Source: Lachnospiraceae bacterium
GTDB taxonomy: Bacteria > Bacillota > Clostridia > Lachnospirales > Lachnospiraceae
Length of the DNA stretch: 62,834 nt
Reading direction: 5' to 3'
NCBI GenBank assembly: GCA_024680435.1
Contig: JAILCK010000001.1
Span: 1 to 62,834 of the forward strand
Shown here one piece after another: positions 1-9,017 of this stretch (position 1 is the stretch's first letter; the number at the start of each line of letters is the position of its first letter). Under the pieces are notes generated by a model that made no database searches, was not told the origin of the DNA, and saw only the letters and a program-made list of their open reading frames with translations. The position numbers were made by a program, and so were the translations under genes.

Positions 1-116
1 CCTGCTGCTTCAGTGATACCCTGTACAATTTCCATGTTGTTTACGTTGAAAGCACCTACAGCGTATCCGCCGTTATATGCCTTCTTAAACATTTCAGTTG
101 TGGTAACTAAAGACAT
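1..116 (-). CDS. fba: Class II fructose-1,6-bisphosphate aldolase, N-terminal part (runs off the window edge)
   Basis: Not in the ORF track. The reverse complement from ATG 116 reads MSLVTTTEMFKKAYNGGYAVGAFNVNNMEIVQGITEAA, the typical class II FBA start; AGGAGG RBS just upstream. Confidence 0.9.
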   Translation of the reverse strand, partial: MSLVTTTEMFKKAYNGGYAVGAFNVNNMEIVQGITEAA

Positions 117-206
117 TTATTTGTCCTCCTTTTATGTGAAAACTTTATTATTTATGATTAACATGCACATTGCACATTAAAACCCAAACCAATACAGCAC
201 TTACTA

Positions 207-2318
207 TTATACCTCAAACATAAGGTCTGCGTAAGTAGGAAACGGCCAATATTGTTTATCTACTATTTTTTCAAGCTTGTCGGCAGATTCTCTTAAAGAA
301 ACCATGGCGGGAACCACGTTATCTTTAAAGTAGAAAGCTCTTTCCTTCTGAACTTTGATTGAAATACCCTTCTTTCTTTCTTCCTTCATTCTTTCAAGGG
401 CATTCTGCATTCTTGTAAGTTCATCATTTATCTGCTTTAACATCTTAAGCGGAATCTCAGGTTTAACGCCTGCTGCCTTCATTTGATTAACAGTCTGAGC
501 AAGCATATTCTCATATTCCATTACTGCGGGAATAATCTGCTTTGACGACATACCTGTCATTGCATGGGCTTCGATGTTAATGGTCTTTGCGTAGGTTTCA
601 TACATTACTTCGCTTCTTGATTCAAGCTCAGCCTTTGTGAAAATGCCAAACTTTTCATAAAGCTCAACCGCTTTATCCGTAGTTAAGGCACCGATTGCTT
701 CAACCATTGTTTTAGCATTTGGAAGGCCTCTTCTCTTTGCTTCCTGTACCCATTTTTCGGAGTAACCGTCGCCTGAAAAGATAACTCTTTCGTGCTCTTT
801 AAAATACTTCTTTATTAAATCATGAACAGCAGTGTTAAAGTCATCTGCTTTTTCAAGATAATCAGCAGCTTCACTGAAAGCCTGCGCAACAATTGTATTT
901 AATGTTGTGTTAGCATTACCGATTGAATCGGAGCTTCCCACAGATCTAAACTCAAACTTATTACCTGTGAAAGCAAAAGGTGATGTACGGTTTCTGTCTG
1001 TTGCATCCTTTTCAAAATCGGGAAGCGTTGACACACCTGTCTTTAACTTTCCGCCGGCTTTTAACTTATTTGCTTCACCGGTTTCAACAAGCTGTCTTAC
1101 AACGTCTTCAAGCTGTTCTCCAAGGAAAACTGAAATTATAGCGGGGGGCGCTTCTGAGCCTCCCAAACGTAAATCGTTTCCGGGACATGCAGCTGAGAGT
1201 CTTAGTAAATCTGCGTGTGTATCTATTGCCTTTAAAATGCAGGCTAAAACAAGTAAAAACTGAATGTTTTCATTGGGTGTATCGCCGGGATCTATAAGAT
1301 TGATTCCGTCATCCGTGTTAAGAGACCAGTTATTGTGCTTACCGGAACCATTAACCCCTGCAAAGGGCTTTTCATGAAGAAGACAGGCAAGTCCGTGACG
1401 GTTTGCCACCTTCTTTAATATCTCCATGGTTATCTGGTTGTGATCCATGGCGATATTTGCTGTTTCATAAATAGGAGCAATTTCATGCTGAGCGGGAGCT
1501 GCCTCATTATGCTGAGTCTTTGCGGTAACGCCCATTTTCCAAAGCTCAATGTTTAAGTCTTTCATAAAGGCACCGATTCTTTCCTGAATGGTACCGTAAT
1601 AGTGATCGTCAAGTTCCTGTCCCTTGGGAGCCGGTGCACCAAAAAGTGTGCGGCCTGCAAATACAAGGTCTTCTCTTTGTAAGTACTTTTCTCTGTCTAC
1701 AAGAAAATACTCCTGTTCGGGGCCAACAAATGCTGTTACGTTTGTGGCTGTTTTATTTCCAAAGAGTCTGAGAAGTCTGATGCTTTGCGCACTTACCGCT
1801 TCCATAGATCTAAGCAAAGGAGTTTTCATATCCAATGCTTCGCCTTTATATGAACAAAATGCCGTAGGGATACAGAGAATGGTGCCGATTGCATCTTCTT
1901 TTAAGAATGCGGGAGATGTCATATCCCATGCTGTGTAGCCTCTGGCTTCGAATGTGGCTCTTAAGCCTCCGGAAGGAAAGCTTGAAGCATCGGATTCTCC
2001 CTTTATAAGTTCTTTTCCCGAAAACTCAAGGAGGCATTTGCCTTCCGCGTCGGGATGCTTAATGAACGCGTCATGCTTTTCAGCCGTAATACCTGTAAGT
2101 GGCTGAAACCAATGTGTAAAGTGCGTTGCGCCGTTTGAAACCGCCCAATCTTTCATGGCAGTTGCAACTACGTCTGCAGTTTCTAAAGACAATTCTCCGC
2201 CCTGAGAGCGAACCCTCATTACTTCATTGAAAACTGCTTCGGGAAGATATTCTTTCATCTTTCCCACAGTAAATACATTTTTGGCAAAAATTTCTTCTAC
2301 GTTTAAATTTGTACCCAT
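207..2318 (-). CDS. glnA: Glutamine synthetase type III
   Basis: 703 aa; GSIII signatures HFTHWFQPLTGITAEKHDAF, DASSFPSGGLRATFEARGYTAWD, EKPFAGVNGSGKHNNWS, DRNRTSPFAFTGNKFEFR. Confidence 0.95.
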   Translation of the reverse strand: MGTNLNVEEIFAKNVFTVGKMKEYLPEAVFNEVMRVRSQGGELSLETADVVATAMKDWAVSNGATHFTHWFQPLTGITAEKHDAFIKHPDAEGKCLLEFSGKELIKGESDASSFPSGGLRATFEARGYTAWDMTSPAFLKEDAIGTILCIPTAFCSYKGEALDMKTPLLRSMEAVSAQSIRLLRLFGNKTATNVTAFVGPEQEYFLVDREKYLQREDLVFAGRTLFGAPAPKGQELDDHYYGTIQERIGAFMKDLNIELWKMGVTAKTQHNEAAPAQHEIAPIYETANIAMDHNQITMEILKKVANRHGLACLLHEKPFAGVNGSGKHNNWSLNTDDGINLIDPGDTPNENIQFLLVLACILKAIDTHADLLRLSAACPGNDLRLGGSEAPPAIISVFLGEQLEDVVRQLVETGEANKLKAGGKLKTGVSTLPDFEKDATDRNRTSPFAFTGNKFEFRSVGSSDSIGNANTTLNTIVAQAFSEAADYLEKADDFNTAVHDLIKKYFKEHERVIFSGDGYSEKWVQEAKRRGLPNAKTMVEAIGALTTDKAVELYEKFGIFTKAELESRSEVMYETYAKTINIEAHAMTGMSSKQIIPAVMEYENMLAQTVNQMKAAGVKPEIPLKMLKQINDELTRMQNALERMKEERKKGISIKVQKERAFYFKDNVVPAMVSLRESADKLEKIVDKQYWPFPTYADLMFEV

Positions 2319-2397
2319 ATTATGCCTCTACACATTTCTATTCTTTTTTCATTTGGATTTTACCTTATTAAAGCATCCTTGGCAATACACACTTTGA

Positions 2398-3597
2398 TTA
2401 ATAAGAATCCGATTGGGTGCCTTTCTGTGTTGCATTTATACCTAAAAGAACGATAATCGTAACTGCTGTAACGGAAAAGATGGATCCCATCTGAGCTCTG
2501 TATGTAAAAAACGCATGTGTCGTTGAATGTTCGCAAAATACTTCAAACCAAATATAAGGATACAAAGATATCATTATAAGAGGCAATGTCATTATAACCT
2601 GTTTACCTTTTTTAAGTATTAATGCAATCAAAATGCAAATGGGGCAAATAATCAAAACATATTCATATAAAAGAGGCACTTTGATGCTTTCTGTAATGAC
2701 TTTAATTCTGTCTATTACCTGGCCCTCATGTCCTATTGACCTTATTTTTGCAGCTTCCGTCGCATTTTTTAATACATCGTAACCTGTTATAAGATTTCCT
2801 AAAATCCACTTAATTACCCACGTAAAAGCGTAAGATACACTCCAAGCAACCGAAGATTTAAGGCATTTTACTATAGTTTCTTTTGTCTTTATTCCTTCCT
2901 TAATGTCGATAATACACATTAACGAAAGGGGTAAGGTAAGAGTCACAAGGGGATAAGTTAAAAGGTCAAAAAAGTTAACCAAAGATCCCATCACCAAAAA
3001 GAAAATGTAAGGAAGCATTTTCTTTTCGGGCTTATATATTTTAAGTAGCACTATCACGCCTGTATAAAGAAGCAAACTTACGGTTGAATACTGAATGGAA
3101 GCAAGGGTCACCATTCCAAAGCAGCTAAACCACATAAAGGAAAAGGGAACAGATACTCTGAAGCCAAACCTTGCGTGTATTAACAGCAAGCTTACAAAGA
3201 AAAGCGAAATATTAAGTAGCGAAAGTATAAGTCTTATTTCCGGTAGGCTAAAAAACACAGAAAGGGGCCTTAACCAAACAAGGTATCCGTGCCAGTATCT
3301 TTCATATTCGGTTATGCTCATTGCCTGAAACAAAGGGCTTTTATCTTCTTCTCCCACAGTCTTTCCAATCATTAAAAAGTCTGTAAAATTATCAAGCATC
3401 GCTCCGCCTTTAAAAAACAAGGGTACGGGATAATCCCCCTCATCTTCCTTAATGGCATTTGCAACAGCCACTCTTGACTCAAAGTTTTTGCTGCTGTATG
3501 AAAAAGTGAGTGTCATAAGCCCTACATATAAAACTATAAGCGCTATTAAAACCCCAAAATATATGCTCAGTCTTTCCAATATACCCTTCAAGATCAA
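2398..3597 (-). CDS. Polytopic membrane protein of unknown function (possible GT-C-type glycosyltransferase)
   Basis: 399 aa, about 10 hydrophobic segments, loop motifs YERYWHGY, FFDLLTYP, HSTTHAFFTYR; start overlaps the U32 gene stop. Function is inference. Confidence 0.6.
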   Translation of the reverse strand: MILKGILERLSIYFGVLIALIVLYVGLMTLTFSYSSKNFESRVAVANAIKEDEGDYPVPLFFKGGAMLDNFTDFLMIGKTVGEEDKSPLFQAMSITEYERYWHGYLVWLRPLSVFFSLPEIRLILSLLNISLFFVSLLLIHARFGFRVSVPFSFMWFSCFGMVTLASIQYSTVSLLLYTGVIVLLKIYKPEKKMLPYIFFLVMGSLVNFFDLLTYPLVTLTLPLSLMCIIDIKEGIKTKETIVKCLKSSVAWSVSYAFTWVIKWILGNLITGYDVLKNATEAAKIRSIGHEGQVIDRIKVITESIKVPLLYEYVLIICPICILIALILKKGKQVIMTLPLIMISLYPYIWFEVFCEHSTTHAFFTYRAQMGSIFSVTAVTIIVLLGINATQKGTQSDSY

Positions 3598-4817
3598 TCT
3601 CCCTTAACTCTTAAAATGTCATAAGCCTCGGCAGGTTGTGAAAGCGTAATGCAAAGCTTCTGTCTTGAATGAGGACAAGATTCCATCTCGTTTCCTTCTT
3701 CATCTTTAATAGACTCTACTTTAACTTTTACATTCTCGCCGTTTGGCTTCATTATTTCTATTTCATCGCCTACCAAGAACTTATTCTTTTGCTCTATATA
3801 GGCTTTCTTACCTTCGGCCTTTTCAACGGTGCCAAGGTAAATGTATTCATTTACATATGTGTTTGAGTCATAAACCTGATTTTCTTCCGTAGGTTTTCCA
3901 AAATAAAATCCTGTGGAAAAGTGACGGTATGTGCATTTAGAAATTTCTTCTTTGTACCAATCCATATTTGCAAGATACTTTTCTTTTGACTCAAAATAAT
4001 CATCAATAGCTTTTCTGTAAGTACGTGCAACGGTTGCAACGTAAAGAGCGGTCTTCATGCGGCCTTCAATCTTAAAGCTGTCAATTCCTGCTTCAACAAG
4101 CTCAGGAATATGCTCTATCATGCAAAGGTCCTTTGAGTTAAATATATAAGTACCTCTTTCATTTTCATAAACAGGGAAGTATTCGCCGGGACGCTTTTCT
4201 TCCATAACGGAATATTTCCATCTGCAAGGATGGGTACAGGCGCCGTGATTTGCATCTCTTCCCGTAAAGAAATTGCTAAGTAAGCATCTTCCCGAATAGG
4301 AAATACACATTGCTCCGTGAATAAAGCATTCAATTTCTTTATCTGCAGGAATCTTTTCTCTTATTTCTTTTATTTCGTTTAAAGAAAGTTCTCTTGCCGC
4401 AACTACTCTTTTTGCACCTAAGTTATACCAGAAATTATAGGTTTCGTAGTTTGTATTGTTTGCCTGAGTGGAAATATGAATTTCTATTTCGGGACAAATC
4501 CTTTTGGCAATGGTAAACATACCGGGATCTGCGATAATCAAAGCATCGGGCTTTAAAGCCTTTAATTCTTTAAAGTATTTTTCGGCACCTTCCAAGTCGT
4601 AGTTATGTGCAAGGATGTTTGCGGTAACATGGACTTTTACTCCATGTTCATGGGCAAACTCGATTCCTTCTTTCATTTCTTTTTTTGTAAAGTTCTTTGC
4701 CTTAGCTCTTAGTCCAAAAGCTTCACCGCCGATAAATACGGCATCCGCTCCAAAAATTACAGCGGTTTTTAATACTTCAAGACTGCTTGCGGGCACCAAT
4801 AATTCAGGTTTATTCAT
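3594..4817 (-). CDS. U32 peptidase family protein, probable tRNA U34 hydroxylase (TrhP/YrrO-like)
   Basis: KPELLVPA, FIHGAMCISYSGRCLLS, ANHGACTHPCRW, SFKIEGRMK; adjacent to a TrmR-like methyltransferase as in B. subtilis yrrM-yrrO. Confidence 0.9.
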   Translation of the reverse strand: MNKPELLVPASSLEVLKTAVIFGADAVFIGGEAFGLRAKAKNFTKKEMKEGIEFAHEHGVKVHVTANILAHNYDLEGAEKYFKELKALKPDALIIADPGMFTIAKRICPEIEIHISTQANNTNYETYNFWYNLGAKRVVAARELSLNEIKEIREKIPADKEIECFIHGAMCISYSGRCLLSNFFTGRDANHGACTHPCRWKYSVMEEKRPGEYFPVYENERGTYIFNSKDLCMIEHIPELVEAGIDSFKIEGRMKTALYVATVARTYRKAIDDYFESKEKYLANMDWYKEEISKCTYRHFSTGFYFGKPTEENQVYDSNTYVNEYIYLGTVEKAEGKKAYIEQKNKFLVGDEIEIMKPNGENVKVKVESIKDEEGNEMESCPHSRQKLCITLSQPAEAYDILRVKGD

Positions 4818-4821
4818 ACTT

Positions 4822-5463
4822 TTACTTCCTTATGCTTACTGTCACTCCGTCACCTATGGGAAGGATTACCGTTGTAAGCATGTCATTATGTGTAAGCTCG
4901 TAAAGATATTCTCTCATTCGCTTATATATTGTTCTGTTTCTTCTTTCTACCACATACTTTGACTCTAAAATGTCCCCTTCTTGCATGACATTGTCGGTAA
5001 GAAGGATTCCGTCTTTAGAAAGAAGCCTTAATATTTCCGGTAAAAAGTTAATATATTGTCCTTTTGCGGCATCCATAAAAATAAAATCGTATGGGCCTTT
5101 TAACTCTTTTAAAATATCCGTCGCATCTCCTTCAAGAAGCTTTACTCTTTCTAAAAGGCCAAACTTTTTAAAGTTTTCTTTTGCAATGGGTATTCTTTTT
5201 TCGTACTTTTCTATGGTTGTAATCATAGTTTTTTTAGACGAATTATCCGCCATTAAAACAGCCGAAAAACCAATGGCTGTTCCAACCTCCAAAATGTTCT
5301 TCGGAGATTTCATCGCAAGTAAAAATTTAATTAGTGACTGCATTTCCTTGCGAATAATCGGCACATTGGTTTCAATTGAATACCTTTCCAATTCATCTAG
5401 GGCTTCAGAATTGGGAGAAGCATATGAATTTATAAATGAGGTCATCCTCTCATCAACTATCAT
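4822..5463 (-). CDS. SAM-dependent O-methyltransferase (TrmR/YrrM-like)
   Basis: ILEVGTAIGFSA, YDFIFMDAAKGQY, TDNV, PIGDGV motifs; synteny with the U32 gene. Confidence 0.88.
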   Translation of the reverse strand: MIVDERMTSFINSYASPNSEALDELERYSIETNVPIIRKEMQSLIKFLLAMKSPKNILEVGTAIGFSAVLMADNSSKKTMITTIEKYEKRIPIAKENFKKFGLLERVKLLEGDATDILKELKGPYDFIFMDAAKGQYINFLPEILRLLSKDGILLTDNVMQEGDILESKYVVERRNRTIYKRMREYLYELTHNDMLTTVILPIGDGVTVSIRK

Positions 5464-5951
5464 GGAGTTTCCTCTTCGTTTGTCTCTGTTTCGCCTTCTG
5501 TTTCTTCGTTAGAATCGCCTGATTCTTTTTCACCTTCATCCACTTGCGTTGACTGAACCTCAGAACTTGCGGGCGCAGTTTCCTCAGATTCGGAAGGATT
5601 CATAGCCTTTAATATTTCATCCGTTGTCATAGCAGTGGTAACAGTGTAGACACCAGGTTCCATTCCCTCCCTGTAGGGAGAAGCAAGAATCTGTAAGAAA
5701 GCTAAGTTATGGTCTCTCACCAAGCCCTTTTCTTCCAAAAGCTTTGCAATATCCATAGCTTTCTTTCCCTCTGTAATTGATATCTTTACTTCTCTTCCCG
5801 GAGCGGGTGAAATAGCGGGCTCCGTAAATACTCTGTATCCAAAGTCGTAAGCCGCCATTGTTTTTGTATATATAAAGTTAACCACCCATATGGCTATGGC
5901 TATCTTTACAAGTGCCGATAAAATTGTTGATAAAATTTGACTTATTTTCAT
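5460..5951 (-). CDS. Short MltG/YceG-like membrane protein (N-terminal domain only)
   Basis: N-terminal TM, then ISITEG..AMDIAKLLEEKGLV and MEPGVY....MTTDEILKAM, as in the MltG N-terminal region; acidic tail; no catalytic domain. Confidence 0.7.
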   Translation of the reverse strand: MKISQILSTILSALVKIAIAIWVVNFIYTKTMAAYDFGYRVFTEPAISPAPGREVKISITEGKKAMDIAKLLEEKGLVRDHNLAFLQILASPYREGMEPGVYTVTTAMTTDEILKAMNPSESEETAPASSEVQSTQVDEGEKESGDSNEETEGETETNEEETP

Positions 5952-5959
5952 AGTATCCC

Positions 5960-6283
5960 CTATTCAAAATTTAACCCTGCAATGATATCTTTGTTAAAGT
6001 TTTGCACCAATCTGCATAAAGCAACTTCAGCTTCAATAAAGTCCGATGCTAATTCAATATTAATAACATCTTCATACTCATTAGTCAATGCGTCCAAAAG
6101 GTCCAAAAGGTCTTCAGAATCGCTTTGCTGAAGAGCAAAATTTTTCTCTCTGTACTCTGTGACTCTTTTGTACAAAGGTTCATCTTTTTTAAGTTGCTTT
6201 AGTGTTTCTTCGTATTGCCTGTACTCAGGTGTTTGGCAAATCTCGCTTACCACATGAGAACAAAGTGCCGTTAAATCTGTCAT
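5960..6283 (-). CDS. YlbF/YmcA (Com_YlbF) family regulator
   Basis: 107 aa helical protein, EICQTPEYRQY...DFIEAE pattern, conserved position next to RNase J. Confidence 0.75.
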   Translation of the reverse strand: MTDLTALCSHVVSEICQTPEYRQYEETLKQLKKDEPLYKRVTEYREKNFALQQSDSEDLLDLLDALTNEYEDVINIELASDFIEAEVALCRLVQNFNKDIIAGLNFE

Positions 6284-6298
6284 GAAAAGCCCTCTTTA

Positions 6299-7975
6299 TT
6301 ATACTTCACTGATAATTGGAACTATAACGGGACGGCGCTTGTTTTTCTTCCAGAAAAAGTCTGCAAGCGTATCCTTCATTATACCCTTAAGCTTTCCCCA
6401 ATCGCTGACATTTTTATCAAAAGCATTGTTTAATGCTCTGGATAATTCTTTCTTTGCTTCCAATAATAGCTCTTCCGATTCCTTTTCATAAACAAAACCT
6501 CTGGTGTTTATTTCAGGACCGGAAAGTAAATAATTAAACTCTTTATCAACCACTATTGTGGCAACCACAACTCCGCTTTCGGATAAGTGCTGTCTGTCTC
6601 TTAATACTGAGTTTCCTACGTCTCCGACTCCAAGTCCGTCAACGTATATACTCTGGCAAGGAACCTTTCCGGTTACCTTTGCGCTGTCTTCATCAATTTC
6701 AAGCACATCACCCGATCGAAGAATGAGAGTATTCTTTTTTTCTATTCCAAGCTCACCGGCAATTTTAGCCTGAGCCATAAGGTGCTTATATTCACCGTGA
6801 ACAGGAATTGCGTATTTAGGCTGCACCAAAGAATAGATAAGCTTTATTTCTTCCTGGCAAGCATGTCCCGATACATGAGCATCCTGGAAAATAACGTCTG
6901 CGCCCTTTAATAAGAGTTCGTTTATAATCTTTGTAACCGCCTTCTCGTTTCCGGGAATAGGGTTAGAAGAAAAGATTACGGTATCATTGGGACCTATCGA
7001 TACTTTCTTATGGGTACCGTTTGCCATTCTTGAAAGAGCGGCCATGCTTTCGCCCTGGCTCCCCGTTGTGATAATTACGGTTTTTTCCGCGGGATATTTC
7101 TTTAATGATTCAACATCGATAAGTGTGTTTTCGGGAATCGAAATTCTGTGAAGCTGTTGCGCTATATCGATGATGTTTACCATGCTTCGGCCTTCTACCA
7201 CAACTTTTCTTCCGTAGTAGTGGGCGGCATTTATAATCTGCTGTACTCTGTCAACGTTTGATGCAAAGGTAGCTATCACTATCCTTGTGTTTTTATGCTC
7301 ACTAAAAATTGTTTCAAAGGTACGTCCCACGGTTTTTTCGGAAGGTGTAAATCCGGGCCTTTCGGCATTTGTTGAATCGCACAAAAGCGCAAGTACGCCT
7401 TTTTTACCAAGGGTAGCAAATCTTTCAAGGTCAATGGAATCTCCGTATACGGGAGTATAGTCAACCTTAAAGTCACCGGTGTGCACCACAACACCTGCGG
7501 GAGAAAAGATTGCAAGGGCTGCTGCGTCAACAATTGAGTGGTTTGTTTTAATAAACTCTACTCTAAACTGTCCAAGATTAATGCTTTGACCAAATTTTAC
7601 AACTTTTCTTTTACACTTCTTTATCTTATCTTCATGTTCTTTTAGCTTGCTCTCGATTATGCCCATAGTAAGCTTTGTGGCATAAATCGGAACGTTTACA
7701 TCCCTTAATACATAAGGAAGGGCGCCTATATGATCTTCGTGACCGTGAGTAATCACAAAGCCTTTTACTCTGTCGATATTTTCTTTTAAATAAGTTACGT
7801 CAGGGATCACAAGGTCGATTCCAAGCATATCGCCTTCAGGGAATGCCAATCCGCAATCCACGACAATAATACTGTCTTCATACTCGAAGGCAGTAATGTT
7901 CATACCAATCTGTTCCAAACCGCCTAAGGGTATTATCTTAAGCTTTGAAACATTTTTCTTCTTTTCTTTATTCAA
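6299..7975 (-). CDS. rnj: Ribonuclease J
   Basis: IIPLGGLEQIGMN, THGHEDHIG, HTGDFKVD, TGSQGE, HVSGHA, PVHGE motifs. Confidence 0.96.
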   Translation of the reverse strand: MNKEKKKNVSKLKIIPLGGLEQIGMNITAFEYEDSIIVVDCGLAFPEGDMLGIDLVIPDVTYLKENIDRVKGFVITHGHEDHIGALPYVLRDVNVPIYATKLTMGIIESKLKEHEDKIKKCKRKVVKFGQSINLGQFRVEFIKTNHSIVDAAALAIFSPAGVVVHTGDFKVDYTPVYGDSIDLERFATLGKKGVLALLCDSTNAERPGFTPSEKTVGRTFETIFSEHKNTRIVIATFASNVDRVQQIINAAHYYGRKVVVEGRSMVNIIDIAQQLHRISIPENTLIDVESLKKYPAEKTVIITTGSQGESMAALSRMANGTHKKVSIGPNDTVIFSSNPIPGNEKAVTKIINELLLKGADVIFQDAHVSGHACQEEIKLIYSLVQPKYAIPVHGEYKHLMAQAKIAGELGIEKKNTLILRSGDVLEIDEDSAKVTGKVPCQSIYVDGLGVGDVGNSVLRDRQHLSESGVVVATIVVDKEFNYLLSGPEINTRGFVYEKESEELLLEAKKELSRALNNAFDKNVSDWGKLKGIMKDTLADFFWKKNKRRPVIVPIISEV

Positions 7976-7986
7976 TTTAATCTCCT

Positions 7987-8241
7987 TTATTCGATGTCGA
8001 TATCGTCTAAAAGAGCCTGGAATACTTGACCTACGGCATTAAGTTCGTCTTCATCTTCAACGATTTCATATATCCCTTCGGCGTCTCCTGCCTTGGATAC
8101 ATCTTTAAGCACATACGCGTCAGCATCCTCAGATTCTTCTTCGGTTACCAACATATAATCAACACCACCGAGGGTGGTTTTTTCAACTACATAAAATTCA
8201 ATTGTGTCGCCGTCATTTCCGGCAAATTTAATTTTTTCCAT
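7987..8241 (-). CDS. DUF1292 domain protein
   Basis: Small acidic protein after ruvX (YrzB position), [25 protein letters not shown]; ATG 8241 chosen over the upstream TTG start. Confidence 0.8.
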   Translation of the reverse strand: MEKIKFAGNDGDTIEFYVVEKTTLGGVDYMLVTEEESEDADAYVLKDVSKAGDAEGIYEIVEDEDELNAVGQVFQALLDDIDIE

Positions 8242-8662
8242 TTTCCCTACCGTATTCAAGATAGCCTTCCAAAATAAGTTGAGCGGCTATCATATCTACA
8301 TATTCTTTCCTGTTTTCGCGTCTGATTTTTGCTTCAATCATTATGTTATCGGCTTCAACTGTGGTGAGACGCTCATCCCACATATGAACCGGCAAACCTG
8401 TTCTTCTCTCAAGCTTATCTTTAAACTCCAAAGAAAGACGCACTCTCTCTCCTTCAGAGTCATCCATGTTTTTGGGAAGTCCCAAAACAATTTCTTTAAC
8501 CTCGTACTCTTCTATCAGTTCTTCGATTCTGGCCAAGGTTTTTCTTAGCTTATTTTCTTCTTTTCGCCTTATTATTTCTATTCCCTGGGCAGTAATAAGA
8601 AGTGGGTCGCTTATTGCCACACCCACTGTTTTAGAGCCAAAGTCAAGTCCCATTATTCTCAT
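8228..8662 (-). CDS. ruvX: YqgF/RuvX family nuclease
   Basis: [50 protein letters not shown]. Confidence 0.95.
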   Translation of the reverse strand: MRIMGLDFGSKTVGVAISDPLLITAQGIEIIRRKEENKLRKTLARIEELIEEYEVKEIVLGLPKNMDDSEGERVRLSLEFKDKLERRTGLPVHMWDERLTTVEADNIMIEAKIRRENRKEYVDMIAAQLILEGYLEYGRENGKN

Positions 8663-8669
8663 CTATCGA

Positions 8670-8933
8670 TTAATCCCATCCATGAGTTTTCGCATAGGAA
8701 GTCAAAAGTTCTTCGATGATTTCATCTCTCTCTAAACGACGAACCAGTTTTCTTGCATCGTTATGCGAAGTGATATAAGTAGGATCATCGGATACAAGAT
8801 ATCCGGTAATTTGATTTATGGCATCATATCCTTTTTCCTTATTAGCTTTGTAGACAATCTCAAGAATGCTTGACGCACTCATGGGTTTTTCCTGTTCTAC
8901 TTTAAAAAATTGTGTCTGATCCAAGTTAGCCAT
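8670..8933 (-). CDS. ireB: IreB/ReoM (UPF0297) regulatory phosphoprotein
   Basis: DQTQFF, EKGYDAINQITGYLVSDDPTYITSHNDAR, LERDEIIEELL. Confidence 0.9.
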   Translation of the reverse strand: MANLDQTQFFKVEQEKPMSASSILEIVYKANKEKGYDAINQITGYLVSDDPTYITSHNDARKLVRRLERDEIIEELLTSYAKTHGWD

Positions 8934-9017
8934 AAAAATCCCTCTTTTTTATAATAAATCTACTATATTTTACATTATCACACATATGTTTTCAAGAAAT
9001 TACAATTTCATGAATAT

